A DNA stretch of 64,000 nt from Octopus vulgaris (Eukaryota): positions 8,680,001-8,744,000 of the forward strand of contig OX597838.1 of the NCBI GenBank assembly GCA_951406725.2, read 5' to 3'. Position numbers and translations under genes: made by a program. This document shows positions 1 through 12,778 of this stretch, piece by piece. The first letter of the stretch is position 1. Every line of letters starts with the position of its first letter. A model generated the notes under the pieces. It was not told the origin of the DNA. It made no database searches and worked only from the letters and a program-made list of their open reading frames with translations.

Positions 1-80
<80 letters not shown>

Positions 81-140
81 GATAGATAGATAGATAGACA
101 GACAGATATATAAATAGATAGATAGATAGATAGATAGATA
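1..140. repeat. (AGAT)n microsatellite, continuing at 656-908 on the other side of a LINE fragment
   Basis: Directly visible tandem AGAT. Confidence 0.98.
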
Positions 141-655
141 TGTTTCTTTATTAGCCACACAGGGCTGCACACAGATAGAACAAATTACAAGGTAGAGCTT
201 TTCTTTTGAAGGTTTAAGAAAAGAAAAAAAAAAAAAAAAAAAGGAAGGGGGAGTTTCGATCAAAAGGGATCGTAAAAGGAGAGAAAGAGGACAAAAAAAA
301 GGGGTTAAAAAAAGGGGGGAGGAAAAAAAATTGATCAATAGGGATCGTTATCACAGAAATGTCAATATGAAGTGTAAAGGGGAGGACAGGTGAGGTTTAC
401 CCGTGCAAAGAAAAGCCTACGGAAAAGACCACGGTAACCTCGGTCAATGATGTCACATTTTATATTTCTTTTTTTTTTTTTTTTTGCAAATAAGCAACTC
501 TCTGTTTTCGATTTCTGGGTTCATAGGACTATGCTCAAGGTGGCTTCGTCATTCATACGTGCCATTCTTGCTACATTCACCCATCTTTTTTTAAAACATT
601 CGCTAGACAAAACTTGCCTCTCTACTCTCACTTTCCTTTTCAAGTGGTACTTGAA
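141..655 (-). mobile_element. 5'-truncated L1/Tx1-like LINE: ORF2 C-terminus plus 3' UTR
   Basis: Minus strand 655-521 reads [44 protein letters not shown], resembling the 'R.E....F...W' end of Tx1/L1 ORF2. The UTR ends AATAAAGAAA. The same 3' UTR recurs at 15530-15700 and a homologous peptide at 61753-61895. Confidence 0.7.
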
Positions 656-657
656 AT

Positions 658-727
<70 letters not shown>

Positions 728-760
728 GATAGATAGATAGATAGACAGACAGATATATAA

Positions 761-910
<150 letters not shown>

Positions 911-959
911 TCGAATTATTATATGTGAATAATTCTCTTTTAATCATTATATATGTCTG

Positions 960-1689
960 ACTAAAGTTGTGTAACTGCGCTTTTGGATCCCCTTATCACA
1001 AGGGGATCTCCCTTGCCCCGATGCATTTCTCCATGTTCGTCGTCCCGTTGGAGTTGGTGTACACTACCTCAGCCTGGTAGACTACAGCTTCTGTACTGCA
1101 TTGACAATTCAATTAACACTATACCGGTGCCCCTACATTTGCACTCTGCCTCTGACTCTGGTTTAGGGTCATTAACTACAATTTTTTTTCACTTTAGGTA
1201 CGTAGCTAAACTGGAACCTTACGCGATGCCTCTCGAAAATATTCCTATATCTGTGGTCAGGCGTAAAGTTTTTATTTATTAATTCACGGAATAGGTAAAT
1301 ACGCAGGTTTTCCCTTTAAGTGAGAAAGGAGTGACAAACCAGATGTCTTTTAGCAGCGCAAGAGCTAGGCATGTAGACGATGCAATTCTTAAACCTGTTG
1401 GCTGCCAAAGCCACATTATAGTAGAAAACCGCTGCATCGAAGGGTATAGGTTCGAATTCATCCAACTCATACATTTCACAAGGTTTTCGAGCTGGTCTGA
1501 TCAACGACGACTTCTCTTTCGGTTTGCAATAAGGCTTCTATGAACACGTACCTTAAGCGTTAGGTCTAAGGAATGGACTACGGTTAGGTCAATCTCTATA
1601 GCAATCTTGGGCCGTAGGGAATTGAGGATTTCTATATCGTCTTTCCTGAACCTTTCCAGGATTTGCTGGACCTGTGCAGGATTTTCCAT
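960..1689 (-). pseudogene. Decayed coding-like segment of unknown origin
   Basis: Non-repetitive, balanced composition; consecutive minus-strand ORFs (1689-1501, 1504-1316, 1479-1279) broken by stops or frameshifts; no family recognised. Confidence 0.3.
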
Positions 1690-1729
1690 GACACCATTAG
1701 AGATGATTAAAGAGTTATAGTTTTCTTTT

Positions 1730-2134
1730 TTTTTTACTTGTTTTAGTCCATTAAACTCTGGCCACGCTGAGGCACCGCCTTGAAGAATTTTTAGTCGAAT
1801 GAATCGAAGCCAATACCTGTTTTTTTTTTTTGTTTTTAATCCTGGTACTTCTATCGGTCTCTTTTACCAAAACGCAAGTGACAGGGACGTAAACACATCA
1901 ACAACGGTGGTCAAGCGGTGGTCGGAGACAAACACAAAAACAAAGACATGCATATACATATATATACATACGACGGGTTTCTTTCAGTTTCCGTCTACCA
2001 AATCCACTTGCAAGGCTTTGGTCAGCCCGAAGCTATAGTACAAGACACTTGCCCAAGATGTCACACAGTGGGACTGAACCCGTGACCATGTGGTTGGGAA
2101 ACAACCTTCTTACCACACAGCCCTACCAGCGCCT
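1730..2134 (-). mobile_element. tRNA-derived SINE, family A (with internal microsatellite)
   Basis: Reverse complement of the consensus seen at 29379-29783 and 60377-60789. Confidence 0.9.
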
Positions 2135-2372
2135 AGCCACGCCCAGCCACGCCCAACCACACCTAGCTACGTCCAGCCACACCTAGTCATGCCCGGCCAC
2201 GCCAGCCACGCCTAGTCACGCCCAGCCACGCCTAGCCACGCCTGGCCACGCCTAGCCACGCCTGGCCACGCCTAGCCACGCCCGGTCACGCCTAGCCACG
2301 CCCGGTCACGCCTAGCCACGCCCAGTCATGTCTAGCCACGCCCAGCCACGCCTTGCCACGTCTGGCCACACC
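2130..2372. repeat. 10-bp GC-rich minisatellite (GCCACGCCYA)n
   Basis: About 24 imperfect tandem copies visible. Confidence 0.95.
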
Positions 2373-2394
2373 TGCTAAAGCAGGTTGAAAAGAA

Positions 2395-2540
2395 CTTAGT
2401 AGTATAAAAAGGCCTACAAGGTCACAGATTTCTGCATCGTCGAAAGCCCGCATCGCCAACACGAAGAACGCTTGTGACTTTGTGTGTCTGACCCAGGTTG
2501 AACCATTAACAAACAGCAGGTCGGTAAGCAACTTAGAAAA
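2395..2540 (-). mobile_element. Penelope-like reverse transcriptase fragment (Naiad/Chlamys-like motif)
   Basis: LLFVNGSTWVRHTKSQAFFVLAMRAFDDAEICDLVGLFILL resembles the PLE RT motif 'LLF....W.K....FDV.MG.FDGAE.CELVGL..L'. Confidence 0.75.
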
Positions 2541-3049
2541 AATAGATACCCTATTATACAGCCGTTTGATAGCGAAACCATTCGGCCACACGTGTGTGTG
2601 TGTGTGCGCGCGCGCGCTTGTGCGATGGACCGACCAAAGCCTTGTGAGTAAATTTGGTCGATGGAAACTGAAAGAAACCCATCGTGTGTGTGTGTGTGTG
2701 TGTGTGTGTGTTGGTTATCTCATCACCACTTGACAACCGGTGTTTGTGTGTTTACGTCCCCGTAACATAGCGGTTCGATGAAAGAGGCCAATAGAATAAG
2801 CACTAGGCTTAAGAAATAAATCCTAGGACTAAAATCCTCCAAGGTGCTGCTCCAGCATGACCGCAGTCAACTGACTGAAAAAAAATACACATATAGATAG
2901 AGAGAGAGAGAAAGAAGAGAGAGAGAGAAAGAAGAGAGAGAGAGAAAGAAGAGAGAGAGAGAAAGAAGAGAGAGAGAGAAAGAAGAGAGAGATGTACATA
3001 TAAACATACCTATATATATATATGTGTGTGAGTGTGTGTGTGTATGTGT

Positions 3050-3094
<45 letters not shown>

Positions 3095-3178
3095 TTGAAA
3101 TTCATAGAAAAGCAAAAGAGGAAGACAGGTGCATGAACAACAAGTAGGTGTATTAGTTTGACGGGAAAGTGAAAAAGT

Positions 3179-3214
3179 CTTTTACGTTTCGAGCCTATGC
3201 TCTTCAGCAGAAAG
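3179..3214 (-). ncRNA. Minimal type I hammerhead-like motif (variant core CUGCUGA), in element family E (about 3090-3275)
   Basis: CTTT-CTGCTGA-A-GAGC-ATAG-GCTC-GAA-ACGT-A-AAAG; stems I and II pair, stem III palindromic. Confidence 0.6.
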
Positions 3215-3952
3215 GAACACGACGAAATAAAAAGAGAGAAAATTTAAAAAAAGAAACGCATTTAGCGGTCAATCATGGTAGTTGGACAGGAGAGCTAGGA
3301 AGACGGGGAGATAATAAAGTACTGGTGATCCCAAAACGAAGGTGTGCGTGCGTGCGTGTGTGTATGTGAGAGTGTGTAAGTGTGTGTGGATAGGGGCTAG
3401 TGACTTTGATGTCTGGATGTGTAAGTGTAAGTGTGTGCGTCTGTAATTGTGTGGGTGTGTGGATGATGGTGCCGGCGCTGGAGAGTGGTCAGTGACAGTG
3501 TGTGTGGAGTGGTGTGAGGTGGCGTGATGTCATGTGGTAGCTCTTATATATAGTCGCAAGGAGGATGTTCAAACCTGCTGTAGGGATATTTATCCAAGAT
3601 ACACTGGTTTAGTATATTATTATATTGTGAAGAGATATTTCTTCAATGTATATATTATATAGAATACCATAAGATATCAAACACTTTTATTGAGTTAGAA
3701 AACAGAGAGATCTAATGGATACAAATTAATTTATTCATTAATCAACATATTAACCAACAATTGTTTCATTTCTCAAGATTAAAATTACGAAACGTAAAAA
3801 TATGATTTTGCATTTTAAATCCCTTATAAGGAAAATCGTAAGGGTTTTCAGAGAACAATAAGGATTACACTGGGATACTTTCGGAATATACAAAACATAT
3901 AAACATGTATATATCATATATATGTATGTATGAATGTATGTATGTATGCATG

Positions 3953-3995
<43 letters not shown>

Positions 3996-4631
3996 TGTGT
4001 GTATACCTATGTATGTATACATAATTACATCCGCATTTATCTCGATATACATATATGTGTGTGTCTATGTATATATGTGTGTGTGTGTGTGCACGCGTAC
4101 GCACACACACATACACACACATGTATGCATGCATATACATATCTGCATGTATATGCATACATACCATTTTCCTGAACATATATGAAGAATAAAAACATGT
4201 TAAGAATAAGATTAAGGATCAGAAAATTCATCCAATAAATATTACACATATAAAGAGATGGATTTTGTCCCCTAATTCTTTTATTTTGTTATTTATTTAT
4301 TTATTTATTTAGTCCCCTTCTGAAAGTGAACTTGTTTGCAGCTTTAATAAGAAGCTTCTGCCAAGGTACGACTTCCTGGTAATTTGCCGATAACTTTTAG
4401 GGCTGACAAAACCATTTATTATTTAGCTGAGAACTCAGCACGGGAACAGAGTGCCTTTGGATGGGAGTCGCGCGATTACTTAGGGTATTTTTTTCCCTTT
4501 CTTCTGTTCCATTTTCATTAATTTCTTCTTCTTCTTTTTTTAAGGTAAAAACGTTATGGAAAATATCTGGAAAATATCTGGAAATAAAATATAAAATACG
4601 AGATCTGTTATGATTCATTGACATGCAGTAA

Positions 4632-4867
<236 letters not shown>

Positions 4868-4907
4868 AGGCGCATGGACGGATGGATGGATGGATGGATT
4901 GATGGAT

Positions 4908-4944
<37 letters not shown>

Positions 4945-5132
4945 TATAAATAGAAAGAGAGAGAATGTGTGTAAGAGAACTGTGTGCATGAGAAAGAGAG
5001 AAGGAAAATTTCGCTATAATCGTTGAAAAAACAGTTCTTCACATGGAATAGTGATTAAATATTTATGCATACTTACATATACGCGTGTGTGTGAGTGTGT
5101 GTGTGTGTGTGTGTATACTTGCGCACACACAC

Positions 5133-5181
<49 letters not shown>

Positions 5182-5498
5182 TGGCATTTTCAATTACATC
5201 CGGACATACATATTTAAGCATACAATACAGAAAATATACCACATGAATCTATGCATATAAATATATTCTTTAAAATGTATACGCGCAGATATCTCTGTAG
5301 ATTTACTCACACACACACACACACAAGTTGGTTTTTCTTTTCCTTTTCAGTATTTAGTTCTTTTTTTTTTCTTACCAAGAACCTTTTATATATTTACAAC
5401 AACAGAACCATGGATGTACACGGAGGAGAATTTACTGAATCTATACGTGTGTATGTGTGTGTATGTGTGCACGTGTGTGTGTGTGTGTGTGTGCACGT

Positions 5499-5538
<40 letters not shown>

Positions 5539-6030
5539 ATACATATCAACGCGTAAATGAGTGATTTATAAATATTTTAGATTGCATTATTTTCTTGGAG
5601 AAAATATTTGTTTACAAAGTATGCGCAGAAACGATGTACGCAAACATATAAAGTAGTGCACCCATACACACACACACACAGATACTCGCATACACCCACA
5701 TCTACATACATGCACACATTTATACATAAACATATTTGTACATACACACATGCGTGGCCTTCATGTACACACATTACAGGACAGAGAAGACAGCTCACAT
5801 CACAATTTCTCCAAATATTTCCTGAAAAAGAGCTCCTAATCGCGAAATATTGAAATTCGAGGTAAAAGTACAAAATATCGACTTGTATTATTTCTTATAA
5901 CTTGCAATGTCTTCAATTTAGACAAAATCAAAAGCATATATGTGTATGCGCGTATGTGTAATCATCTACAGATACACACATATATATAGGTATAAATGTG
6001 TGTCTGTGTGTGTATTTGTATAAAGATATG

Positions 6031-6125
<95 letters not shown>

Positions 6126-6134
6126 GGTGGTGGT

Positions 6135-6431
6135 GACCCCCTTCGGTCAGACACTGACCATGGGTTTGCACCTAGAGAGTTACCCTCTGAGGCACAAGTC
6201 TGGGCAAGGTTGTTTTTTATGGAAGACCAGCAGTCGCCCATGCATACCGGCCTCCCCTCTCCACGTCACCGATGTTGTCCAAGGGAAAGGCAAGGGCCGA
6301 TACAGCTTGGCACCTGTTAACTGGAGCAACGTGAGATAAAGTGTCTTGCTCAAGAACACAACACGCAGCCCGGTCCGGGATTCGAGCTCACAACCTCACG
6401 ACGCTCTAACCACTGAGCCACGCGCCTTCAC
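6135..6431 (-). mobile_element. tRNA-derived SINE, family D
   Basis: Head GTGAAGGCGCGTGGCTCAGTGGTTAGAGCG; near copy at 30604-30918. Confidence 0.85.
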
Positions 6432-6446
6432 TATATATATATATTA

Positions 6447-6502
<56 letters not shown>

Positions 6503-6617
6503 CAAATATTGTATATATATATGTGTGTGTGTGTGTGTATGTGTGTGTGTGTGTGTGTATATGTATCTATATATGTTATGTATATATATATGTGTGTGTG
6601 TGTTTGAGAGAGAGAGT

Positions 6618-6648
<31 letters not shown>

Positions 6649-6906
6649 CGTGTGGAGAGAGAGATGCAATTATGTGGATAAATAAATGAGATACATTAAG
6701 TATATTAAATATATTAAATATAACAGGTATGAAATACAAAATATGGTATCTATGTATACATACAAAACGAGAGAAAGTAAAAGGAGGAACCTTTCAGATG
6801 ATGAATTTGTAAGTTTAAATATCTAGATGTTTATATTAATAGATTCAACTTACACAGAGTACAAAGGACAGAGAAAACTAAAGGGGTGGAAGAAAAGTGT
6901 TATAAA

Positions 6907-7029
6907 TCCAACAGCTGTTTCTGGGGGCTCGGAGATACGTAATAATGTTGATAGATGTAGTTCATCACAATATGCGGCCGTAATGGACGCAATTAACACT
7001 GGATAAGGCGAGCCTCCGTCATCAGAGTA
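6907..7029 (-). ncRNA. Type I hammerhead with about 77-nt insertion in stem II loop, weak stem I
   Basis: CTGATGA-C-GGAGGCTCG...CGAGCCCCC-A-GAA-ACAGCTGT-T; same palindromic stem III as the 58323 motif. Confidence 0.6.
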
Positions 7030-7174
7030 GAGAAGGTCTTACATTTCAGATCTTAATGCAGAGAAGTTTAAAAGATGGCAGTCGAACCAAGTAATCATAG
7101 TTTGAATGCATTTAATACGTACGTTTCAGAACAATGTGCAATATCTTTCTCAGTTAAGACATATTTGTGTGAGA

Positions 7175-7370
7175 AAGCAGTATCGTTACCGCGCTGGACA
7201 AAATGCTTAGCGGCATTTCGTCCGTCTTTGCGTTCTGAGTTCAAATTCCGTCCAAGTTAACGTTGCGTTTCATCGTTTCGGGGTCGATAAAGTAAGTACC
7301 TGTTGGACACTGGGGACGATATAATCGACTAGTCCCGAAAATGCTGGCCTTCTGCCAAAACTCGAAACCA
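7175..7370 (+). mobile_element. SINE family C (diverged copy)
   Basis: GTTCTGAGTTCAAATTCCG...TTTCATCGTTTCGGGGTCGATAAA..AAGTACC core. Confidence 0.8.
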
Positions 7371-7575
7371 GTGTGTGTGCGTGTGTGTATGTATGTTTGT
7401 GTGTGTATACTTGTGTGTGTATGCTTTTGTGTGTGTGTGTATGCTTGTGCGTGCATGTGTGTGTGTGTCTCGATGAAGCTTTAAAACCAGAAGTTACAGT
7501 TTTCCTTTTCAGTTCTGTTTTTCAGCTATTATATGATAACTTCTATTCATTTACCCTTATACTAGTTTCAGCTCG

Positions 7576-7961
7576 GTGGAGGCGCAATGGCCCAGTGGTT
7601 AGGGCAGCGGACTCGCGGTCATAGGATCGCAGTTTCGATTCCCAGACCGGGCGTTGTGAGTGTTTATTGAGCGAAAACACCTAAAGCTCCACGAGGCTCC
7701 GGCAGGGGATGGTGGCGATCCCTGCTGTAGTCTTTCACCACAACTTTCTCTCACTCTTACTTCCTGTTTCTGTTGTACCTGTATTTCAAAGGGCCGGCCT
7801 TGTCACTCTCTGTGTCACGCTGAATATCCCCGAGAACTACGTTAAGGGTGCACGTGTCTGTGGAGTGCTCAGCCACTTACACGTTAATTTCACGAGCAGG
7901 CTGTTCCGTTGATTCGGATCAACCGGAACCCTCATCATCGTAACCGACGGAGTGCTTCCAC
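7576..7961 (+). mobile_element. tRNA-derived SINE, family B, full length with target-site duplication (TSD)
   Basis: A/B boxes TGGCCCAGTGG and GTTTCGATTCC; 12-bp TSD AGTTTCAGCTCG (7564-7575 and 7962-7973). Confidence 0.93.
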
Positions 7962-8647
7962 AGTTTCAGCTCGAGAGCCATGACCATACTGGGGCATTGC
8001 CAATGTTGATTTTTTTAAAGCTATCGGCAGCCATAAACTGGTTATTCCGATATTTTGACAGACCAATGAGATAAGCTTAAATTTATCTATTTATTTATGT
8101 GTACATTGAACTGAATATTCAAAACTCGTATTATAGTTTGATAAATCGAAAGCGAAATGTTGAGAATATCGATTGTAAAGTTTCGGTTATAATAAGATAT
8201 TGCACTCAGTTTCCGGTATTGAGTACAGTTTTTCTCAACTAAATAAACCAGGAATTTACAGACAGTTTTCTGAAGCTACAACATTGCATCTGATATTGAT
8301 AGCATAATCGTACCCCACATATAAAGGTACTGAGATCTGATACAAATAGAAAATTAATGCAAGATAACGACAGCAAGATTAGAGAAATAATTAAAAAGAT
8401 ATGAAATCTTGAACAACGATATTATTTTTTCTCAAAGAGCATAACCAACGTTGCCAACTTCACAAATACACTGCTTATAACTACCAAACCTTTCCCATGT
8501 TCACCATGTTACTGAATCAATAAGCTATCGCATTTTTTCTTATGGATATTTCTCTTTTATCAATGTGAAGAAGAACAAACAGTCCGAAACGTTAATATCT
8601 CTCACTTTTTCTTCACAGCGTACGGGTGGATGGATGGATAGAGAGAC

Positions 8648-8693
<46 letters not shown>

Positions 8694-8694
8694 T

Positions 8695-8770
<76 letters not shown>

Positions 8771-8843
8771 CAGAATTAAATTCGTTTTTAAATTGTTAAC
8801 AGGTACACACATGCTTATGTATATATATCTGAATGTATGTATA

Positions 8844-8889
<46 letters not shown>

Positions 8890-8997
8890 CACACATACAT
8901 ACTTACATATTTGTATACACACACACACATATATATATACATATATATACACACACACACACCTACATACGTACATATTCGTGTATGCATGTATATG

Positions 8998-9065
<68 letters not shown>

Positions 9066-9392
9066 TATTTATGCATGTATGTGGTGTATGTGTTTAAGAA
9101 TATACACGTTACATATCGTAAACATATACTTATATCCCCATGTGTAACCATGGCCCCGATAAAATATATTTTGTTTCGCCCAGTGGTTTACACACTAACT
9201 AGAGAAAGTGGTGTTCTTCCGCTAGTTAAAGAGAGACCTATATAGAAGGTTAGCTGTATGGAATGGATGAAGGAATGGATCAAAATCTTCACTCTCAGAT
9301 TTCTTGCCGAAGGTTCTTTATTCTACGGTGACTGATAACAATGGTCCTTTGAACCTATCACTTCCGCCAACATATCATTACATATACATACA

Positions 9393-9423
<31 letters not shown>

Positions 9424-9440
9424 CTATCAATCTTTCTTTC

Positions 9441-9488
<48 letters not shown>

Positions 9489-9518
9489 TACTTACATATG
9501 TGTATGCATGTATATACC

Positions 9519-9584
<66 letters not shown>

Positions 9585-10129
9585 GGATGAGTAGTGTGTG
9601 CATGTGTGTGTTGTAAAATCGTTGAAACCAAATTAAAAACTCTAAAAGCTCTGTTTCTCATTTGCAGCCCTTTTTCACATTAACAATATCGTCTCGCTCG
9701 ATGACATTATTTTCAATGAAAAGGGACAAATATGACCCCTGAGGGATTTTACCTCTCTCACTGTTACCCGACACGCCACCCCCCGCTAATTTTTTCGATT
9801 TTAATGGTGAACTAAAATACAATTAAGTTTTAATTGATTTAATTAGGATAAGGGGCTAAAAAGGTAATTAAAAACGGTCTTCGGCTGATTCAACTTATTC
9901 TGAATAGAATAGACAGCAGACACAACAGCATTGCTGTGAATGTGTTAGTGATAGGGTGGATATTTTAATATCTACCGGCGTGTATATGTATGTATTATGT
10001 GTGATCAGTGTGAGCACGCACATGTGTGTGTGTGTGTGTGTGCGCGCGTGGCGCGCGCACAATGTGTGCATGCATTTTCTTGTAGCATTGTGCGGTTTGT
10101 GTGTCTGTTAGAAGTAACCAGGAGATACG

Positions 10130-10170
<41 letters not shown>

Positions 10171-10175
10171 GTATG

Positions 10176-10246
<71 letters not shown>

Positions 10247-10290
10247 ATGTATCTACGTATGTATGTATGTACGTATATATATACACGTAG

Positions 10291-10453
10291 AGGTGCAGGG
10301 GTGGCCGTGTGGTAAGTAGCTTGCTTACTAACCACATGGTTCCGGGTTCAGTCCCACCACGTGGCACTTTGAGCAAGTGTCTTCTGCTATAGCCTCGAGC
10401 CAACCAAAGCCTTGTGAGTGGATTTGGAAGACGGAAACTGAAAGAAGCCCGTC

Positions 10454-10497
<44 letters not shown>

Positions 10498-10715
10498 GTG
10501 TGTGTGTGTGTGTGTCTGTGTTTGCCCCCCCCTCCATCGCTTGACAACCACCACTGCTGGTGTGTTTACGTCCCTGTAACTTAGCGATTCTACAAAGAGA
10601 CCGATAGAATAATTGCTAGGCTTACAAATAATAATTCCTGAGGTAGATTTGTTCGGCTAAAGGCGGTGCTCCAGCATGGCTGCATTCAAATGACTGAAAC
10701 AAATAAAATAAAGGA
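10291..10715 (+). mobile_element. SINE family A
   Basis: Consensus match with internal (TA)n(TG)n. Confidence 0.9.
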
Positions 10716-10845
10716 ATATACATGTATGTATGTGTGTGTATGTATTTATGTATACATGAATGCATGTTTGTTATATATATATATATATATACATACATAC
10801 ATACATGTATATATATATGCATGCATACATATATGCGTGTGTATG

Positions 10846-10913
<68 letters not shown>

Positions 10914-10982
10914 GATGTGTGTACGTCATAATATCTATCGTAGCTGTTTGGTTAAGAAACGTTCTCCACAACCACAAGCAAG

Positions 10983-12500
10983 TCGTTCGTCTTAACGTCA
11001 TCGGTCTTTACGTTGTCCGCCTTTACGTTGTCCGTCGTTACGTCGTTCGTCTTTACGTCGTCCATCTTTACGTCGTCTGTCTTTACGTCGTCCATCTTTA
11101 CGTTGTTCATCTTTACGTCGTCCATCTTTACGTCGTCTTTCTTTACATCGTCTGTCTTTACGTCGTCCATCTTTACGTCGTTCGTCTTCACGTCGTCCAT
11201 CTTTACGCCGTCTGCCTTTACGTCGTCCATCTTTACGTCGTTCATCTTTACGTTGTCCGTTTTTACGTTGTCCATTTTTACGTTGGCCGTCTTTACGTTG
11301 TCCATCTTTACGTCGTCTATCTTTACGTCGGTCGTCTTTACGTCGTCCATCTTTACGTCGTTCGTCTTTACGTTGTCCGTCTTTACGTCGTCCATCTTTA
11401 CGTCGTCCGTCTTTACGTCGTCCGTCTTTACGTCGTCCGTCTTTACGTCGTTCGTCTTTACGTTGTCCGTCTTTACGTCGTCCATCTTTACGTCGTCTGT
11501 CTTTACGTCGTCCATCTTTACGTCGTTCGTCTTTACGTTGTCCGTCTTTACGTCGTCCATCTTTACGTCGTTCGTCTTTACGTTGTCCATCTTTACGTCG
11601 TCTATCTTTACGTCGTCCATCTTTACGTCGTTCGTCTTTACGTTGTCCGTCTGTACGTCGTCCATCTTTACGTCGTCTGTCTTTACGTCGTCCATCTTTA
11701 CGTCGTTCGTCTTTACGTTGTCCGTCTGTACGTCGTCCATCTTTACATCGTTCGTCTTTACGTTGTCCATCTTTACGTCGTCTATCTTTACGTCGTCCAT
11801 CTTTACGTCGTTCGTCTTTACGTTGTCCGTCTGTACGTCGTCCATCTTTACGTCGTCTGTCTTTACGTCGTCCATCTTTACGTCGTTCGTCTTTACGTTT
11901 TCCGTCTTTACGTCGTCCATCTTTACGTCGTATGTCTTTACGTCGTCCATCTTTACGTCGTTCGTCTTTACGTCGTCCATCTTTACGTCGTCTGTCTTTA
12001 CGTCGTCCATCTTTACGTCGTTCGTCTTTACGTCGTCCGTCTTTACGTTGTCCGTTTTTACGTTGTCCGTCTTTACGTTGTCCGTCTTTACGTTGTTCGT
12101 CTTTCGTCTGTCTTTACGTCGTCCATCTTTACGTCGTTCGTCTTTACGTTGCCCATCTTTACGTCGTTCGTCTTTACGTCGTCCGTCTTTACGTCGTCCG
12201 TCTTTACGTCGTCCGTCTTTACATTGCCCGTTTTTACGTCGTCGGACTTTACGTTGTCTGTCTTTACGCTGTCCCTCATTACGTCGTCTATCTTTACCTT
12301 GTCCGCCTTTACGTTGTCCGTCTTTACATTCTGAGTTAAAATTCCGCAGAGGTCGGCTTTACGTCGTCCATCTTTACGCTGTCTGTCTTTTCGTCGTCCG
12401 TTTTTACGTTGTCTGTCTTTACGTCGTCCGTCTTTACGTCGTCCGTCTTTACGCCGTCCGTCTTTACGCCGTCCGTCTTTAGGTTGTCCGTCTTTACGTT
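10983..12500. repeat. 15-bp minisatellite (CTTTACGTYGTYCRT)n, about 100 copies, SINE-derived
   Basis: Visible periodicity; runs into SINE-C sequence at about 12325 and 12495. Confidence 0.97.
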
Positions 12501-12711
12501 CTGAGTTAAAAATCCGCAAACCGCTTTACCATTCATCTTTTCCAGGTCAATAAAATAAGTACCAGTTATACAGTGGGGTCGATGAACCAACCACCTCCGA
12601 AATTGCTAGCCTTGAGCCAAAATGTGAAACCAATACTTTAAAACAAATTTCAAAACAATAACGGAATGTTTGAAGATGTGCTGACTAATAAGAAAATAGA
12701 GTGAAGACCGA

Positions 12712-12778
12712 GTTGACTCTTGGTTTTGACTCTCGGTCTTGACTCTCGGTTTTGACTCTCGGTTTTGATTCTCGGTTT
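12712..12778. repeat. 12-bp tandem repeat (TTTTGACTCTCGG-like)
   Basis: About 5 copies visible. Confidence 0.85.

Noticed and set aside
7576-7650. tRNA-like sequence
   Set aside because: Head of SINE family B; no acceptor stem, continues into the SINE body, flanked by a TSD
8560-8597. GTGAAGA-A-GAAC..GTCC-GAAACGTT hammerhead-like string
   Set aside because: Core C3 changed, stems I and II mismatched; at best a highly decayed remnant
10760-12482. Long ORFs (524, 489 and 352 aa; YVVRL, FTSSV and KTDDV repeats)
   Set aside because: Translations of a 15-bp SINE-derived minisatellite, open in several frames and on both strands
10983-12500. CRISPR-like regular repeat
   Set aside because: Contiguous tandem units with no unique spacers, no cas genes, eukaryotic context
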